64,000 bases of DNA, taken from assembly GCA_028534125.1 (NCBI GenBank), contig CM052818.1, positions 43,216,001 to 43,280,000 on the forward strand, given 5' to 3'. This document shows positions 52,201-64,000 of the stretch, one piece after another (within the stretch, counting starts at the first letter, position 1; each line of letters starts with the position of its first letter). Position numbers and translations under genes: made by a program. Under the pieces are notes generated by a model that did not search any database, was not told the origin of the DNA, and saw only the letters and a program-made list of their open reading frames with translations. The DNA comes from Lama glama. Its lineage: Eukaryota.

Positions 52201-52770
52201 TGAGCTTTAGTTTCTTCATCTATAAATTAGGCATAATACTACCACCTCATAGTATTCTTGTGAATATTAAATGAGTATACAGATATTTATTTATCAGTTA
52301 TTAAAAGCTCTAAGGGGAAATATAACAACATTTTGAGGAAAATAATAACCAAAATATACTATATTTAATAGTCAGATTGTTAACATAATTTTGTTTTAAC
52401 AAAAAGTATAATTATGTTAGGAAGATGGACTCTGTGTGTGTGTGTGTACGTGAGAGAGAGAGAAAGAATGATGAGGATGGGTGTGTCCAGGTGTTAAAGG
52501 AAAGTTAAATTTTCATCTTCTATCTGGGAAGTCAATAGATAAAGGGTAATACTGAAAAATCCATAAGTGGTTACCTAAGCCTGTTATTTATCAATATGGA
52601 GGTAAACACTACAGAACTAGCTAAAAGAGTTTTCAGTATTTGCCTCTGTAGAGAGTGAAATGGTTAGGACTAGCTGTTGTTTTCATAATCAGCCTTGTTG
52701 AACTAATTGAATCTTTAAACTTCCTGTATGTACTACTTTGATAGAAAGTGTATTTAATAAAACCAATATT
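49265..52770 (+). mobile_element. Long, degenerate L1M/L1MC element (ORF2 remnants and 3' region) with a MIR insertion at ~52130-52290
   Basis: ORF 49613-49894 (KTLMKEINKDLNKWRYITCSWIRNLNIVK) and ORF 50836-51066 (QPLWKLLVKLNIDLSYNP...IFIAALFIVTKKW) are L1 ORF2-like; L1MC-type tail at 52500-52770. Confidence 0.75.
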
Positions 52771-54675
52771 GGTGTAAGTAAATGCTAAATTCATATGCTC
52801 TCTGATATCTCTGTGCCTTTGCACACTATTTTGTTTCACCTGTAATGTCCAATTTCTTGAACTTGTTTTTTTCTGGCTTTTTTTCCGGAGGTAAACCTGA
52901 GTCAACTCACATTCTGGTCTAGGAAATCATTACTGAACCACCCATGCAGATTTGATAGCTCTTTTATTTGCTTCTTGACTGCACTTTGAGCTTTCCTCCC
53001 TAGTGCACTGCACTGAAATATCCATTATGTACCTGCCCCGATTTCTAGGCTGGATGCTCATGGTAAGAACTGTTTTTTAATTGTCCCTATATTTTAGACC
53101 TCAACACAGAGTCTAGCAAGTACCTAATAATTGTTTTTTAAGTGAACTGAAGTCAGTAAATTCTGTGGATTGAAGTTCTCACAGATGTCTGGTGCCCAAT
53201 AAAAGGTATGTCTTTAGTACTTTCTGGTTAGTTTCTTATAATGAAAGAAGAGGCCAAATCTGAGGTGAGTCTATATGTTACGGGTTAGTTATAGTGATTG
53301 TTTGGCCCACTCTGTGTAGTACATCAGTACTGCTAATCATAGAATTTCTGAAACCTGGTCCACATTGTTCTGGGAAATGAAAAGTTTCTTCTCACCACCA
53401 CCTGTCTTTACAAGCACACATATGTCCATACACACACCCACACACGCACACATACACACAATCTACATGGTTACTGTGAATGTTAACATATTAAATCATG
53501 CCAGAGTTGAATAATTCATGATTATGGCACAACATTGCTTATTTGAATTGTTCATAGATGGGAATAGACCTAATTCTAGAGAAACTGGTATTGATGTTTT
53601 GGAATCTGGAATTGAAACTGAGGAAGGAAATTAGTCTCCCCAGGAGTGCCTGAAGCTTTATCATGCTTTATCATGTAGAATTCAGGAGTCTCCATCAGCC
53701 ACGTTTCCACTGCCCAAGCTAAAGACGGGGAGGAAGGCTACTCTCAGACAGAAAGTAAAGAACAAAGCATATGCACAAAGCAGAATTATCCAGAGAACTG
53801 AGGGTACTGAATTTCTGTTTCCATTTATTCCTAAGGCTTTGTTCTTGTTACTGGATTTCTTCAGACATCTTGGTATGATCCCTTTTTGATTTAAGTTATT
53901 TCAAATTTGATTTCTATGATTTAAAAATACCACTAACAAACACAAAATTCATAAAGAAAGAATTATGCATGGAAGTTGGGGAAAACAACACCATGTGATT
54001 TAGGGTAGCAGTTTAAAGATTTAGAAGCTGACTTATCAAAATAATTAATTCCATGTTGAGCCTGGATTGTATTTGTATGCTATTTTATGGTCTTTCTTTT
54101 CCATTTTCTAAAATTTCAGTAGAATATTTTAGCACATACAACTTTTTCTAAGTTGTCGTAGAAGCAATTATGGATGGATCAACTCCAAAATTTGAATTGA
54201 GTGGCAAATTTTGGATTGGACCATCTTTCTCCAAGTCCACAGGGGCACTGGCAGTGGTGGCAACTAGTAGAAGAAAACTTGAGCCATTGTGGGAAAAAAT
54301 CACACAGAGTTCCCCAGCATCAGAGGCATAATGTGGTGGCCTGATGAGGACGCTGGAGCAGTAAAAACTCAGAGACCTGAGAACCTGAGGGCTGTTCAAA
54401 ACTATCTGAAGGAAAATGTGAGATGAGGAACTTTTTGACAGCTGAGTAAGTAGGAATTATAGCTATTAAAATGTGATTATTTTTGTTAGTATGGTGGAAA
54501 CTAGTTTACTTCAATCTAATAACTATTAGAAAAATATCTGAAAAATACATAAGGTAGAGGAGACACTCAGAGAATAGTAGTTAGAAGTAATGAAGTGAGA
54601 TCAGTAGTAGCCACAGGAAAAATATTGATGAGAGATACTCAGAATATATTTTAAAAAACACTGAGGAAAGGCAGT

Positions 54676-55010
54676 AGTTGTTTAGTTCTCTGTTGCCATG
54701 TAACAAATGACCACAAAGTTACTGGCATAAAACAATACTAATTTACTATCTCACGGTTTTGGTGGGTCAGGAGTCCAGGTGTGGTTGAGCTGGGTCCTCT
54801 GCACCAGTCTCATAAAAGACGGAAATGAAATGTCACCTGGGCTATGGTTCTCATTTGGAGCTTGAAGTCCCCTTCCAACCTCATTCAGATTGTTGGCTGA
54901 ATTCAACTCCTTGTGGCTGTAGGATTGAGTTGTTTTTGTTGATGTTACAATGCTAGCTTTCTGCTCCTGGCAGCCTCAGGCAGTTCACAACATGGTAGTT
55001 TGTTTCTTTT
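54676..55010 (-). mobile_element. MaLR LTR fragment (MLT1D/E-like) within an antisense L2 remnant (~54420-55740)
   Basis: tgttgccatgtaacaaatgaccacaaag...tttactatctcacggttttggtgggtcaggagtccaggtgtggttgagctgggtcctctgc...gttggctgaattcaactccttgtggctgtaggattgag. Confidence 0.75.
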
Positions 55011-57090
55011 TGGAGAGAGAAAAAAGAAGTGGGCAAGGGGTGGAATGATTTTTCAGACATGTGATTTAGCAGAGGAATACACATGGAAACTTGAAGTCTA
55101 AATGAAGAAAAATGTGTCTGCGGTTGGCGAAGTGCAAAAAAAAAAAAAAGAGTTCTGTTTTGTTACGTCAAGATTGAGATGATATTATACATCCAAAAAA
55201 GAAATGCCAAATAGATGAGTTTTAAGGGTGGATAGATCACATGTATACATAGGAAAGCAGATTTCAATGGTGTAAGAATTGTCCTTCAAAATTTGCAGAT
55301 CGCCCAGGGAGAAAGTTTAGAACGAGAAGGAAATAAGCAGCTAAAGACAGATTCTTGGGGACCGAAAGCATTCAGCGGTTGCATAAGACAAGCCTAGAAT
55401 AAAAGAGATCCACAGGAAGCAGGTATAGAACTAAAACCAATACATTATGGTATTATGGAATCCAAGATAAGACGTCATTAAAGAAAAGAGTTGTAAATGT
55501 ACAGAATGTTCCTGAGAGTTGCCTACTGCATTTGATTACACACAGGCCCTGATATCTTAGATGAAGCAATTTCAGCCAAGTAATAGGGATGGAACGTATT
55601 TCGAGGTAGTTAAAGATGAAATCAGAGATGAAGATGCAGATACATACTGTTTGTCTCTGCCTCTGTCTCTGCAGAAGTGCAGGAAAATTGAGCTTTAGCT
55701 ACAGAGGGACATGGGTAGCAAAGATTTATTTTTAGTTTCAATTTTGTGCAGAAGGGTTACTGAGTGTAGTGACAATACTCTATGACATCATTTATCAATT
55801 GGGTGAATACAGTCAAATTTTTCAAATGCTTTGTGATCAGTTTATTCAAACATCTTGGGTTGTTGTGAGAAGCAAAAGCATTAACAAATATAACACACTT
55901 AGAATGGTGTCCATGACATAGGAAGAATTCTTTTATTGTTGACTGCCATTATGTTTGTTGATTATTGTATCTTTTGTCCCAATACCCATCTCAATACCTT
56001 CATGTATTAAATATGTCATATATAAATTATTATGAACTCATAAGTGTATGATTGATGGAATTTTTTTTGTCTCTGGATTTATTTCACAAAAAAATAAGAG
56101 GACCTAGCTTAGTCTGTATTCATGGCTGTAGTAATTGTTGAAGAACTCTATTTACTGAAAATCATTGAATTGTAGATATAAAACTACATGTAAAAGATAC
56201 CTCAATAAAACTGTTAAAAGCAATTTAAATGAACAAGACCTACTCCCTTGATGATGTAACTTTAATTATGTATCTGTTAAAGCAGGCGGGAGGGAGGTCC
56301 TCTCGTCCAAATTCCAGGGAAACAATTCTGATGAAAGATGAGTAATATTCTGAATGCATTTATTTGCCTTGCATAAAATTGAGGGTTTTTTTTTTTTAAT
56401 TTCAAAAGGACTTGACTTTTTAATATGTATATTTTGTAGACTCTTTAATGATCAGTAATCCCAACATGCTACTAATTTTTACATTTTAACAAGTGGGTTT
56501 TATGAATTTATGCATCACAAAATATTATTTTAAGATTCAGTATGATCATCTTCCCAAGATGAACTCATCCGTAATTTTAAAAGAAAATCTAATGGAAAAT
56601 GCTACAGTTTCATGCGGAAATTGTAATTGAGACAATGAATTCTATAGGCTGCTGTGTGCTTGGAGATGGCAGAGTCCTTCACAGCAACCTAGGGAGCTTG
56701 AGATAGTCCAGTTTTCTTTGCATATCAGTTTTACTTCACACTATTGTTGGTGATATCCTCTGGGCTGCATATCAAATAAAGATTTATTTAGAGCTCACTT
56801 GATTCCAACAAGGACTTAAAGTGGTTGTAGCTTAATTATTGGACCATAAATTCTGTTTTGAATGACATGCTATTGAACCCTTCTATACCAGTGCCATTCC
56901 CTGAATGAAACAGAAGCCATCAAAAGCTTGAAATAATTTCTAAAGCAATGTACTTATTTGACACACTGAATTTTTTGGCTATAGTATGCATTCCTGAAGT
57001 ATAATTTTATTCTATTGTTTCCATGAAAAAGGCAAACTTTAGTCAATTATGTCTCAAACATTACATCACATTTAATTTTTTTCAAAACTA

Positions 57091-57590
57091 NNNNNNNNNN
57101 NNNNNNNNNNNNNNNNNNNNNNNNNNNNNNNNNNNNNNNNNNNNNNNNNNNNNNNNNNNNNNNNNNNNNNNNNNNNNNNNNNNNNNNNNNNNNNNNNNNN
57201 NNNNNNNNNNNNNNNNNNNNNNNNNNNNNNNNNNNNNNNNNNNNNNNNNNNNNNNNNNNNNNNNNNNNNNNNNNNNNNNNNNNNNNNNNNNNNNNNNNNN
57301 NNNNNNNNNNNNNNNNNNNNNNNNNNNNNNNNNNNNNNNNNNNNNNNNNNNNNNNNNNNNNNNNNNNNNNNNNNNNNNNNNNNNNNNNNNNNNNNNNNNN
57401 NNNNNNNNNNNNNNNNNNNNNNNNNNNNNNNNNNNNNNNNNNNNNNNNNNNNNNNNNNNNNNNNNNNNNNNNNNNNNNNNNNNNNNNNNNNNNNNNNNNN
57501 NNNNNNNNNNNNNNNNNNNNNNNNNNNNNNNNNNNNNNNNNNNNNNNNNNNNNNNNNNNNNNNNNNNNNNNNNNNNNNNNNNNNNNNNNN
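57091..57590. other. Assembly gap (500 N)
   Basis: Run of exactly 500 N. Confidence 1.
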
Positions 57591-60104
57591 TTTATCTCCA
57601 GCCCAGGACATGGGCAGACACTCATTTATGGTTTTGTAGATCCATGCCTTTGTGTTTTCCAGTCAGTCAAATTTATCATCATGTCTGATGGTCAAAAACG
57701 AGTGCTCGACCCCAGTGCTCACCCCCTCTACCCAGGCAGGCAGGGCAAAGGCAAAGGCACAAAACAGTCAAAGAGGCCTTGAGGTTTCCCCCTTCCTCAG
57801 TAGCGAACATTTCCCCAGTAATTCCACTTTCAACTTATCAGCCCAAAATGGCGACAAGGTAGGTTGGAAAACTGAGTAATATCTGACTATAACCTTTGTT
57901 GACAGAAGAAAGCAAAGAAGGAGATATGAGAGGTTTTGTGTAGCTAAGTCAGATCATCGGCCACTATCACTCCTGACACCACTCCATGTCCCTTCTTCCC
58001 TTCTTCCCAGGGTGACACTTTCTGTGGAATGCCATCCCCTCCTGCCTAAGAGGGGCAGCTTCAGCGTTTGACCTCCGGATTGCATTCAGCTGGAAATCGA
58101 GAGTTGAGGGATATGGCTCTCTGAGTCATGTAAAGTCCCTGCTCCAGTAAACAGATCAGGCAGCGGAGGGCCATGCAGGCTGAGCCGTTGTCGGGGTGCA
58201 CACCTATGGAGGGGTGGCAAGATGCCAATGTCTTGGAAAGAGTCTGTTCTTATGTGACACCATTCTCTCTGGACCGACAGTTCACCAGCATCCACCCGCA
58301 GCGCTGTCCTATCATTTCTTCTTCTGACGATGGCTTTAGAAACTCTCTTCCTCTTCTTTATTTTCATACCTCCTCCTCCCTAGTACACAGCTCAGATGAC
58401 ATTCAGCTGCCTTCCATATGTCTGTGATTTAATTATAATTCATCCTGTCAGGGAAGGATGCTAAATCACAAAGGTCTGTCAGAGCGTGCTGGCACAGCAT
58501 GGGACTTTTCCATGTTCCTCTTTTCTCTGGCTTCAGATTTATATTAATGGCCACCGTTCCCCAGGAAGTGTCCCTAAGTAGCGCTGGCCACCAAGAATGA
58601 AAGAGAAATAAACTATATATTGCCTCAAGCAGGGAATGGCTGCTGTTAAACTGCATGAATGCCAATTTTAGGTGCTCCATTCAAGCCTCATAGGACAAGG
58701 TATTTTCCATTTCATAAACAAATCACATATGTCTTATCCAACTTACCCTGTGTGGACAGGATGGTATTAGCTATCCTCCCACAAAGATAGAAATTCAGAA
58801 ATAGAACAACTTCTCATGAAACAAACCAACAAAAATAAATTGGTAGGAAAGTCACTGAGAATAGATGTTTTAAGAGCCAGAGAATCTGAATTATACATAA
58901 CAGAATATGAGAAAAGGCATTTGTTAAGCTAAAATAGAATGTGTAGCACATTTAGAGAGGAACAAACTTTATCTTATTATGAGCGTGATTTAAGATCTAC
59001 CTAATTTCTCTCACCCGATTCTTGACTCTGATGGAGTAGGTCCAGTCCATGTTCAGGTTTGATACGCCTTTTCAGGATTTTATAAAGCATAGAAAGATTC
59101 ATGAGAAATAAACTCACTGAACCACAGAATGAAGATGGTATAGGACTGTCTATTTATCTACCTACGGACACACACAGATACACTGACATATAACAATCTA
59201 CACAAACTTCAAAGTCGCCTGAAGGGCCAGGAGGATCTTTGGTCCACGCGGCCAGAAGAACATCCTGGATCAGTCCCTCTCCCTCCACGTTCTACTGACC
59301 CTGATCCGTGTGCCACGTGGTATCTGCCCTAGAAAATCAACTCTGTGATTTTCTTAAATGTCAGTTTGTACTTAAAAATTTTCTTAAATTTTACCTGACG
59401 CTACTCTACTGTGAAGGTTTATTTGCTGGCTGCTCTTCAGACCTTGGCAGGTGTCACGGCGGTCTGCAGGTCTTGGTATCTGTCTCTGCCTGTCTCTGTC
59501 TTTCCCTCTCCCTTCCCCTGAACATGCTGTCTATTTTTATGCACTAGACTTTCTGCTGTGCTGTGGTGAAGGAATGAGAATTATAATTCTTCCAGTGGGC
59601 AGGAACAGTCACTTCTAATTGGGATCAGGTTTGACAGAGCTTTTCTCATTAAACAGACAGGAGGATATTATGATTCTTTCTGTGAAAACTCACTAGGCAT
59701 TTACATCTATGCTTTTATAACATTTACAGGAGTGTTTTGTTTTTATTTTTAATCATCAAAAGTTTCTTAATTTATTCTCACATGTTAAGATAAAGATAAA
59801 TTACACAATAGACATGAGTAGATCCATTGAAGAATTTATCATATCCTATTCCTAGAGTCTGATATGGGGCTTATAAAAATTTAGGTGCTTAATAACGTCT
59901 ATTAACTTGCATTAAGAAAAGATGGTAAAATTGATGGACATAAATGTAAAATGATGTGCACTCAACTTCCTTTATCTTGTGAGTTGAGTTTTGTAAAGAA
60001 AAGCCTGAATAGTCCAAATAATTGACTTCTTAGGTCAAACAATTGAGTTTTAAAATATGCTCATTCTTTTTCACTTTTAAATTATTTTGCTTATATTCCC
60101 TAAA

Positions 60105-60505
60105 CAACTTTATTGAGGCATATTTGACACGTAAAATTGTATATATTTAAGGTACACGATGTAGTGTTTTGTTATGTGTATACACAGTGAAAAGATCCCC
60201 ACAATCAAGCTAAGTGATTTATCACCTCTACATTGTTACCATTGTGCGTCTTTGTTGAGAAGATAAAATTTAAGATCTGTTATTACCATGCTTTACATTA
60301 GGTCTCTGGAACTCATTCATCTTATATAATGAAACTTGGAACTCTTTCACCAAGATCTCATTTCCCTCTACCTTCTGCCCCTGGCAACCACCATTCTACT
60401 CTCTACCTATGAGTATGACTGTTTTAGATTCCATGTACAAGTGAGACCGTGCAGTATTTGTCGTTCTGTGTCTGGCTTATTTCACTTAGCATAGTATCCT
60501 CTATC
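60105..60505 (-). mobile_element. L1MA (L1MA8-10-like) 3' end, antisense
   Basis: aactttattgaggcatatttgacacgtaaaattgtatatatttaaggtacac...cccctggcaaccaccattctactctc...gtctggcttatttcacttagcata. Confidence 0.85.
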
Positions 60506-61371
60506 TATCCATATTCACCCATAAAATATAGTTTTTATAACCAAAGCTCTTTGATCACTTAATTCTCAAATCGAGAAACAATTATTAACCTTGATTAAAG
60601 AGCAGATGTTGGTGATTTATTTCTAAGACATAATTGAGATGGTCCAGAGTAACATTTCTAAAGCTTCTTTACTGAACTATTTGCAGGAGAGAATAAAACC
60701 ATACCTTGTATCTTTTTGGCCACAGCCAATCACATGTACCACCTGTCTTTCTTACTTCAACTGAGTATTAAAACTTCATATACATTTTATATAATATTTT
60801 TCAATATTATACTTGTATTTGGTTTAGTAATACAATGGCATTTTAAATTATTTAATGACAGGTAAAACAAATAACAAAAACAAAACTAAATAAAATTTCT
60901 ACTTTTCATATTAATATTTTGTTATATAAAATCTAATAATTTCAGAGGCCCTTGTGTATGTGTTCTGGATGTAAGACATCTAACGTGACACATAAGCTTT
61001 AAGCTCCAAGTTGTTTTCTTCATGTAAGCAAGGCATACATCTGTATAAACTTGATCATTAGTACCCCTGGATGAAACACTTGGAATTAGAGAGATAGGTT
61101 TCCTCTGACTCACTATCCTGTTGAAATCTGAGTTAGAGTTGATCAGAGAAATCAGTGAGGAAAGAGTACTCTAAGCTGCAGAAGGGTTGAGATATTTTTG
61201 ACAACAGTGTTTCTATCAAAGGTTGACTAGAAAGAGACAAGACAGTCTGCACTGGGAGAAGCCCCGTTGTAGAGTGTCTTGTTGAAGTTTTAGGACTTAA
61301 TCCTTTCAACAGCGCAGAGCCATTGAAACAGTTCAAGAAGGGATTTGCATGACAGTATTACACTTTAGAAT

Positions 61372-62026
61372 TGTTTCGAGCAGGCAGATAGTTAGTAGAT
61401 ATGAGCAGAAAAAGGGGAATGCGGGCCAAACGACAGGAACTGGGCAGAAAGGAGGGGCACAGGCCAAATATAGGAAACCCCACATATGTAAGCACCAGGG
61501 GTCCCTGGGCAGAGAAAGAAAAGCAGAAACCTCCGGGCTGATAAGCAGTCAGAACTTATAGGGTGATGAGAGGCCTAGACGAAGAAAGGTGGGAAAAGGC
61601 GGGAATCTCCAGTGTCCAAATGTAACCGTTTGCTCATTATGCCTTCATTTCAATAAAATTAGCCTTGTAGATTAGAAGTACCCATCAAGCAACGACGCCA
61701 TGACACTTCCGATCCAGAATGAACAAGAACAAAAATTCCTCCTCCCTTCCGGAAGGTGGAGTTGGTATGAAAATCAGAGAACATAACCTCAAACCCTTCC
61801 CTCCCCAGTGAATATTCCGCTCATTCACTTTTACACTCTGTGTAACCAGCTTGCCAAAGAAAACTCAGGGCAGCTGCTCACCTGAGCCAGCCCCCTCTCC
61901 CCTAGAGAGTGTACTATCCATCCTTTAATAAATCTTTGCTTTACTTTCTTAACCTCTGTGACTTGTCTCTGAATTCTTTCTGGGGTGGGACAAGAACCTA
62001 GACACCTGTTACATCCACCGGCAACA
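61372..62026 (+). mobile_element. Complete ERV1 solo LTR, MER41-like, 655 bp
   Basis: TG...CA termini (TGTTTCG...GGCAACA), perfect 4-bp TSD GAAT (61368-61371 and 62027-62030), AATAAA at 61927; MER41-like blocks (cgacgccatgacacttcc, tgaatattccgc, gagagtgtact...aataaatctttgctttact...ctgaattctttc). Confidence 0.85.
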
Positions 62027-63199
62027 GAATCATTTCCTGGTAGCAGCACAGATGACGTGTTTGAGGCAATTGAACAAGAGATAGGAAGATAGGTACAGAT
62101 ACCTAAAAACCAAAAAACCAAAAAAGCAAACAAACAAAAAAACCAAATCAAAACAAACAAACAATTAAAAAATTCTTATTTTCTGACATCATGGAAAAGA
62201 CTTACAACTGACATTAGACCTGTCAGTATAACCTGAATTTTACGAAATGTTGCCTTTCCCCCCTTACCACTATTTCCCTCCTTCATCATAAGTAGCATTA
62301 TTTTCAAAGATACTTATTACATGTGCTTATTAGATCTAATCCTGCTGCCATCCTTCCTTCCACCATGTAATCATCAACACCATACAGACGCGTTGGAAAG
62401 ATGCAGGAAAGAAAGAATCTGAAGGTGAGCTCCACGATGTTCTCAGTGGTGTCTGTCATTCCAGGCAGATAAAAACCAAGGGAATAAACAGACTTCGTGG
62501 AAACACACATGAGCACAGGAAAGATAAGAAATACCTGCTTTTAGATCAAAATATTTAAAGAAAACAGCCGTCTCTGTATCGGCGGTACAGGACTGTTTAA
62601 GGATCACTGGATTTGGTGCTCTTTTGATACCACTGACTAGGCGTGTTACTTTGGATTTTTTTACCTAGTCTTTTTGAGTGTTAGCTTCCGCATTTGTAAG
62701 ACAAAGACAGCAATGAAAAAAATTTTAATAACTTATTACAAGAATATTGTGACTCTTATGTAATAGAAACATACATAAAACCTTTGGTATATATAGTCTG
62801 ATTTTTCCATTGAAAATTAATCCTTTAAAAAAAAACCCGTAATTTCTGTAAGTGCTGATTTAAATAAACAACATGTGTTTGTTTTCATAAAGTAAAATAC
62901 ATCGAGCTGGGACAAAATTTAAATTGTAGTTTAGCCTCTCAGTCTGTGTCAAATTACAGCATAAATAAGTGGTTGAAAAATGATAGTTTGGTTCAATTGA
63001 TCTATGCAAAAGAGTTTGCCTGTTGCATCTAGCTCACTTGGTTTGGGTTTAGAGTCTGTTTCTAGACCAGCTTTAATAAGTAGTCAATCAATAAAGCCAA
63101 TCTATTCCCCCTTTTGGAAATAAAGTGTCCAAGTTCATGCACCCAGTTCGATCAGGCTACATTTACTCTATTACAAAAGGTCAAGTCCCTCAATGTTTC

Positions 63200-63930
63200 C
63201 ACCAAGGCCAGCGTCCTAATGCCTCATAACGTGGAAACCCACCGCAGCCCGGCCTCTGCCTGCCCATCCGGACAGATAAGCTGAGGCTCCCCCTCCAACC
63301 ACTGCCCTCAGACGCCCAGGGTCCCAGCCACACTAGAGAAAAGTCACACTGCTTTTTCAAAATGATTCTTTCCCTTTTCCTTCCTGTCCTTGCGGATTCC
63401 AGCTTCTGGTCCAAATCCTATCTGTCTTCTCTCAGGTCCAACCGTACGGAATTGCAGAGCATTGCCCAGTAGGACTCACGGGGGGAAGCTGTCCTCCCTG
63501 CACCCGCCCTGGAGCACGGCCAGCCCACTGCGGTCTCCGGAGGGAGAACCAGTCAAGGACTCACCCCTCCCAGGCCGGCTCATAACATACGTGGCTGTAC
63601 CCCAGCCCACCTGCTTCCATCGGGAGCCAGCTGAGGGGGAGACGGGGCTCAGCTGAGGTAATTTTTAGGAACCTCTGCTGAAATCTTCCTATAGGGGGCC
63701 TTGAGGACCACACTCCACTCTGCTCTGACCCAGTACTTCTCCACTCTCAGGCACTTCACCTCCCCAGCCCCGACCCCCGCAGGTCCATAAAAAGACAGGA
63801 AGCTTTTGTTCAGCCTCTGGGCAGTGACATGACCACTCCCATCCGCAGTCCCTATCACGTGATTGACCCTCACCCAGAGGCTTTCTGAGGGAAGAACGGA
63901 GCACGAGGGAACCAGCACCTCTTGTTTATA
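63200..63930. promoter_or_regulatory. GC/CpG-enriched, repeat-free segment: promoter, enhancer or CpG-island shore
   Basis: Sharp rise in GC and CpG compared with the flanks; palindromic E-box ATCACGTGAT at 63854-63863; two CAGCTG E-boxes (63628, 63650); minus-strand GTGAGT donor-like motifs near 63474 and 63559. Confidence 0.45.
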
Positions 63931-64000
63931 GTCACAGGAAGAATGAAAGCTTGATTGGAACTTTCAGTTTGGCTCCTTGTCCTGACTACCTAGACACCTT

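Noticed and set aside
57023..57688. Long ORFs spanning 57.0-57.7 kb
   Set aside because: Artefacts of the 500-N assembly gap.
56..63918. Remaining 60-120 aa ORFs in the six-frame track
   Set aside because: Most lie in L1, L2, MLT or low-complexity sequence, many start at non-ATG codons, and none resembles a cellular protein I recognise.

Overview
Mammalian genomic DNA: AT-rich, dense in repeats, with one 500-N assembly gap. The young L1 3' ends and the apparent lack of ruminant, pig or primate SINEs suggest a camelid (inference). I found no convincing multi-exon host gene. Most of the window is L1, L2, MIR, MaLR/ERV1 LTR and DNA-transposon relics; family names and boundaries were recognised by eye and are approximate. 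The main feature is an intronless U2AF1 (U2AF35) retrocopy with an intact reading frame (15500-16213, +). It derives from the minor exon-Ab isoform (U2AF35b). It lies about 100 bp downstream of a same-strand ERV-type solo LTR carrying a 23-bp CCAAT tandem array, two octamers and a TATA box, with no poly(A) signal after the TATA. This is a candidate LTR-driven splicing-factor retrogene, but about 11 amino-acid changes (including UHM F135L) are also compatible with a young, decaying pseudogene. Secondary signals: a possible very ancient CENP-P-like relic (2.6-3.2 kb), a complete MER41-like solo LTR with a perfect target-site duplication (TSD), and a GC-rich promoter-like segment at the right edge.
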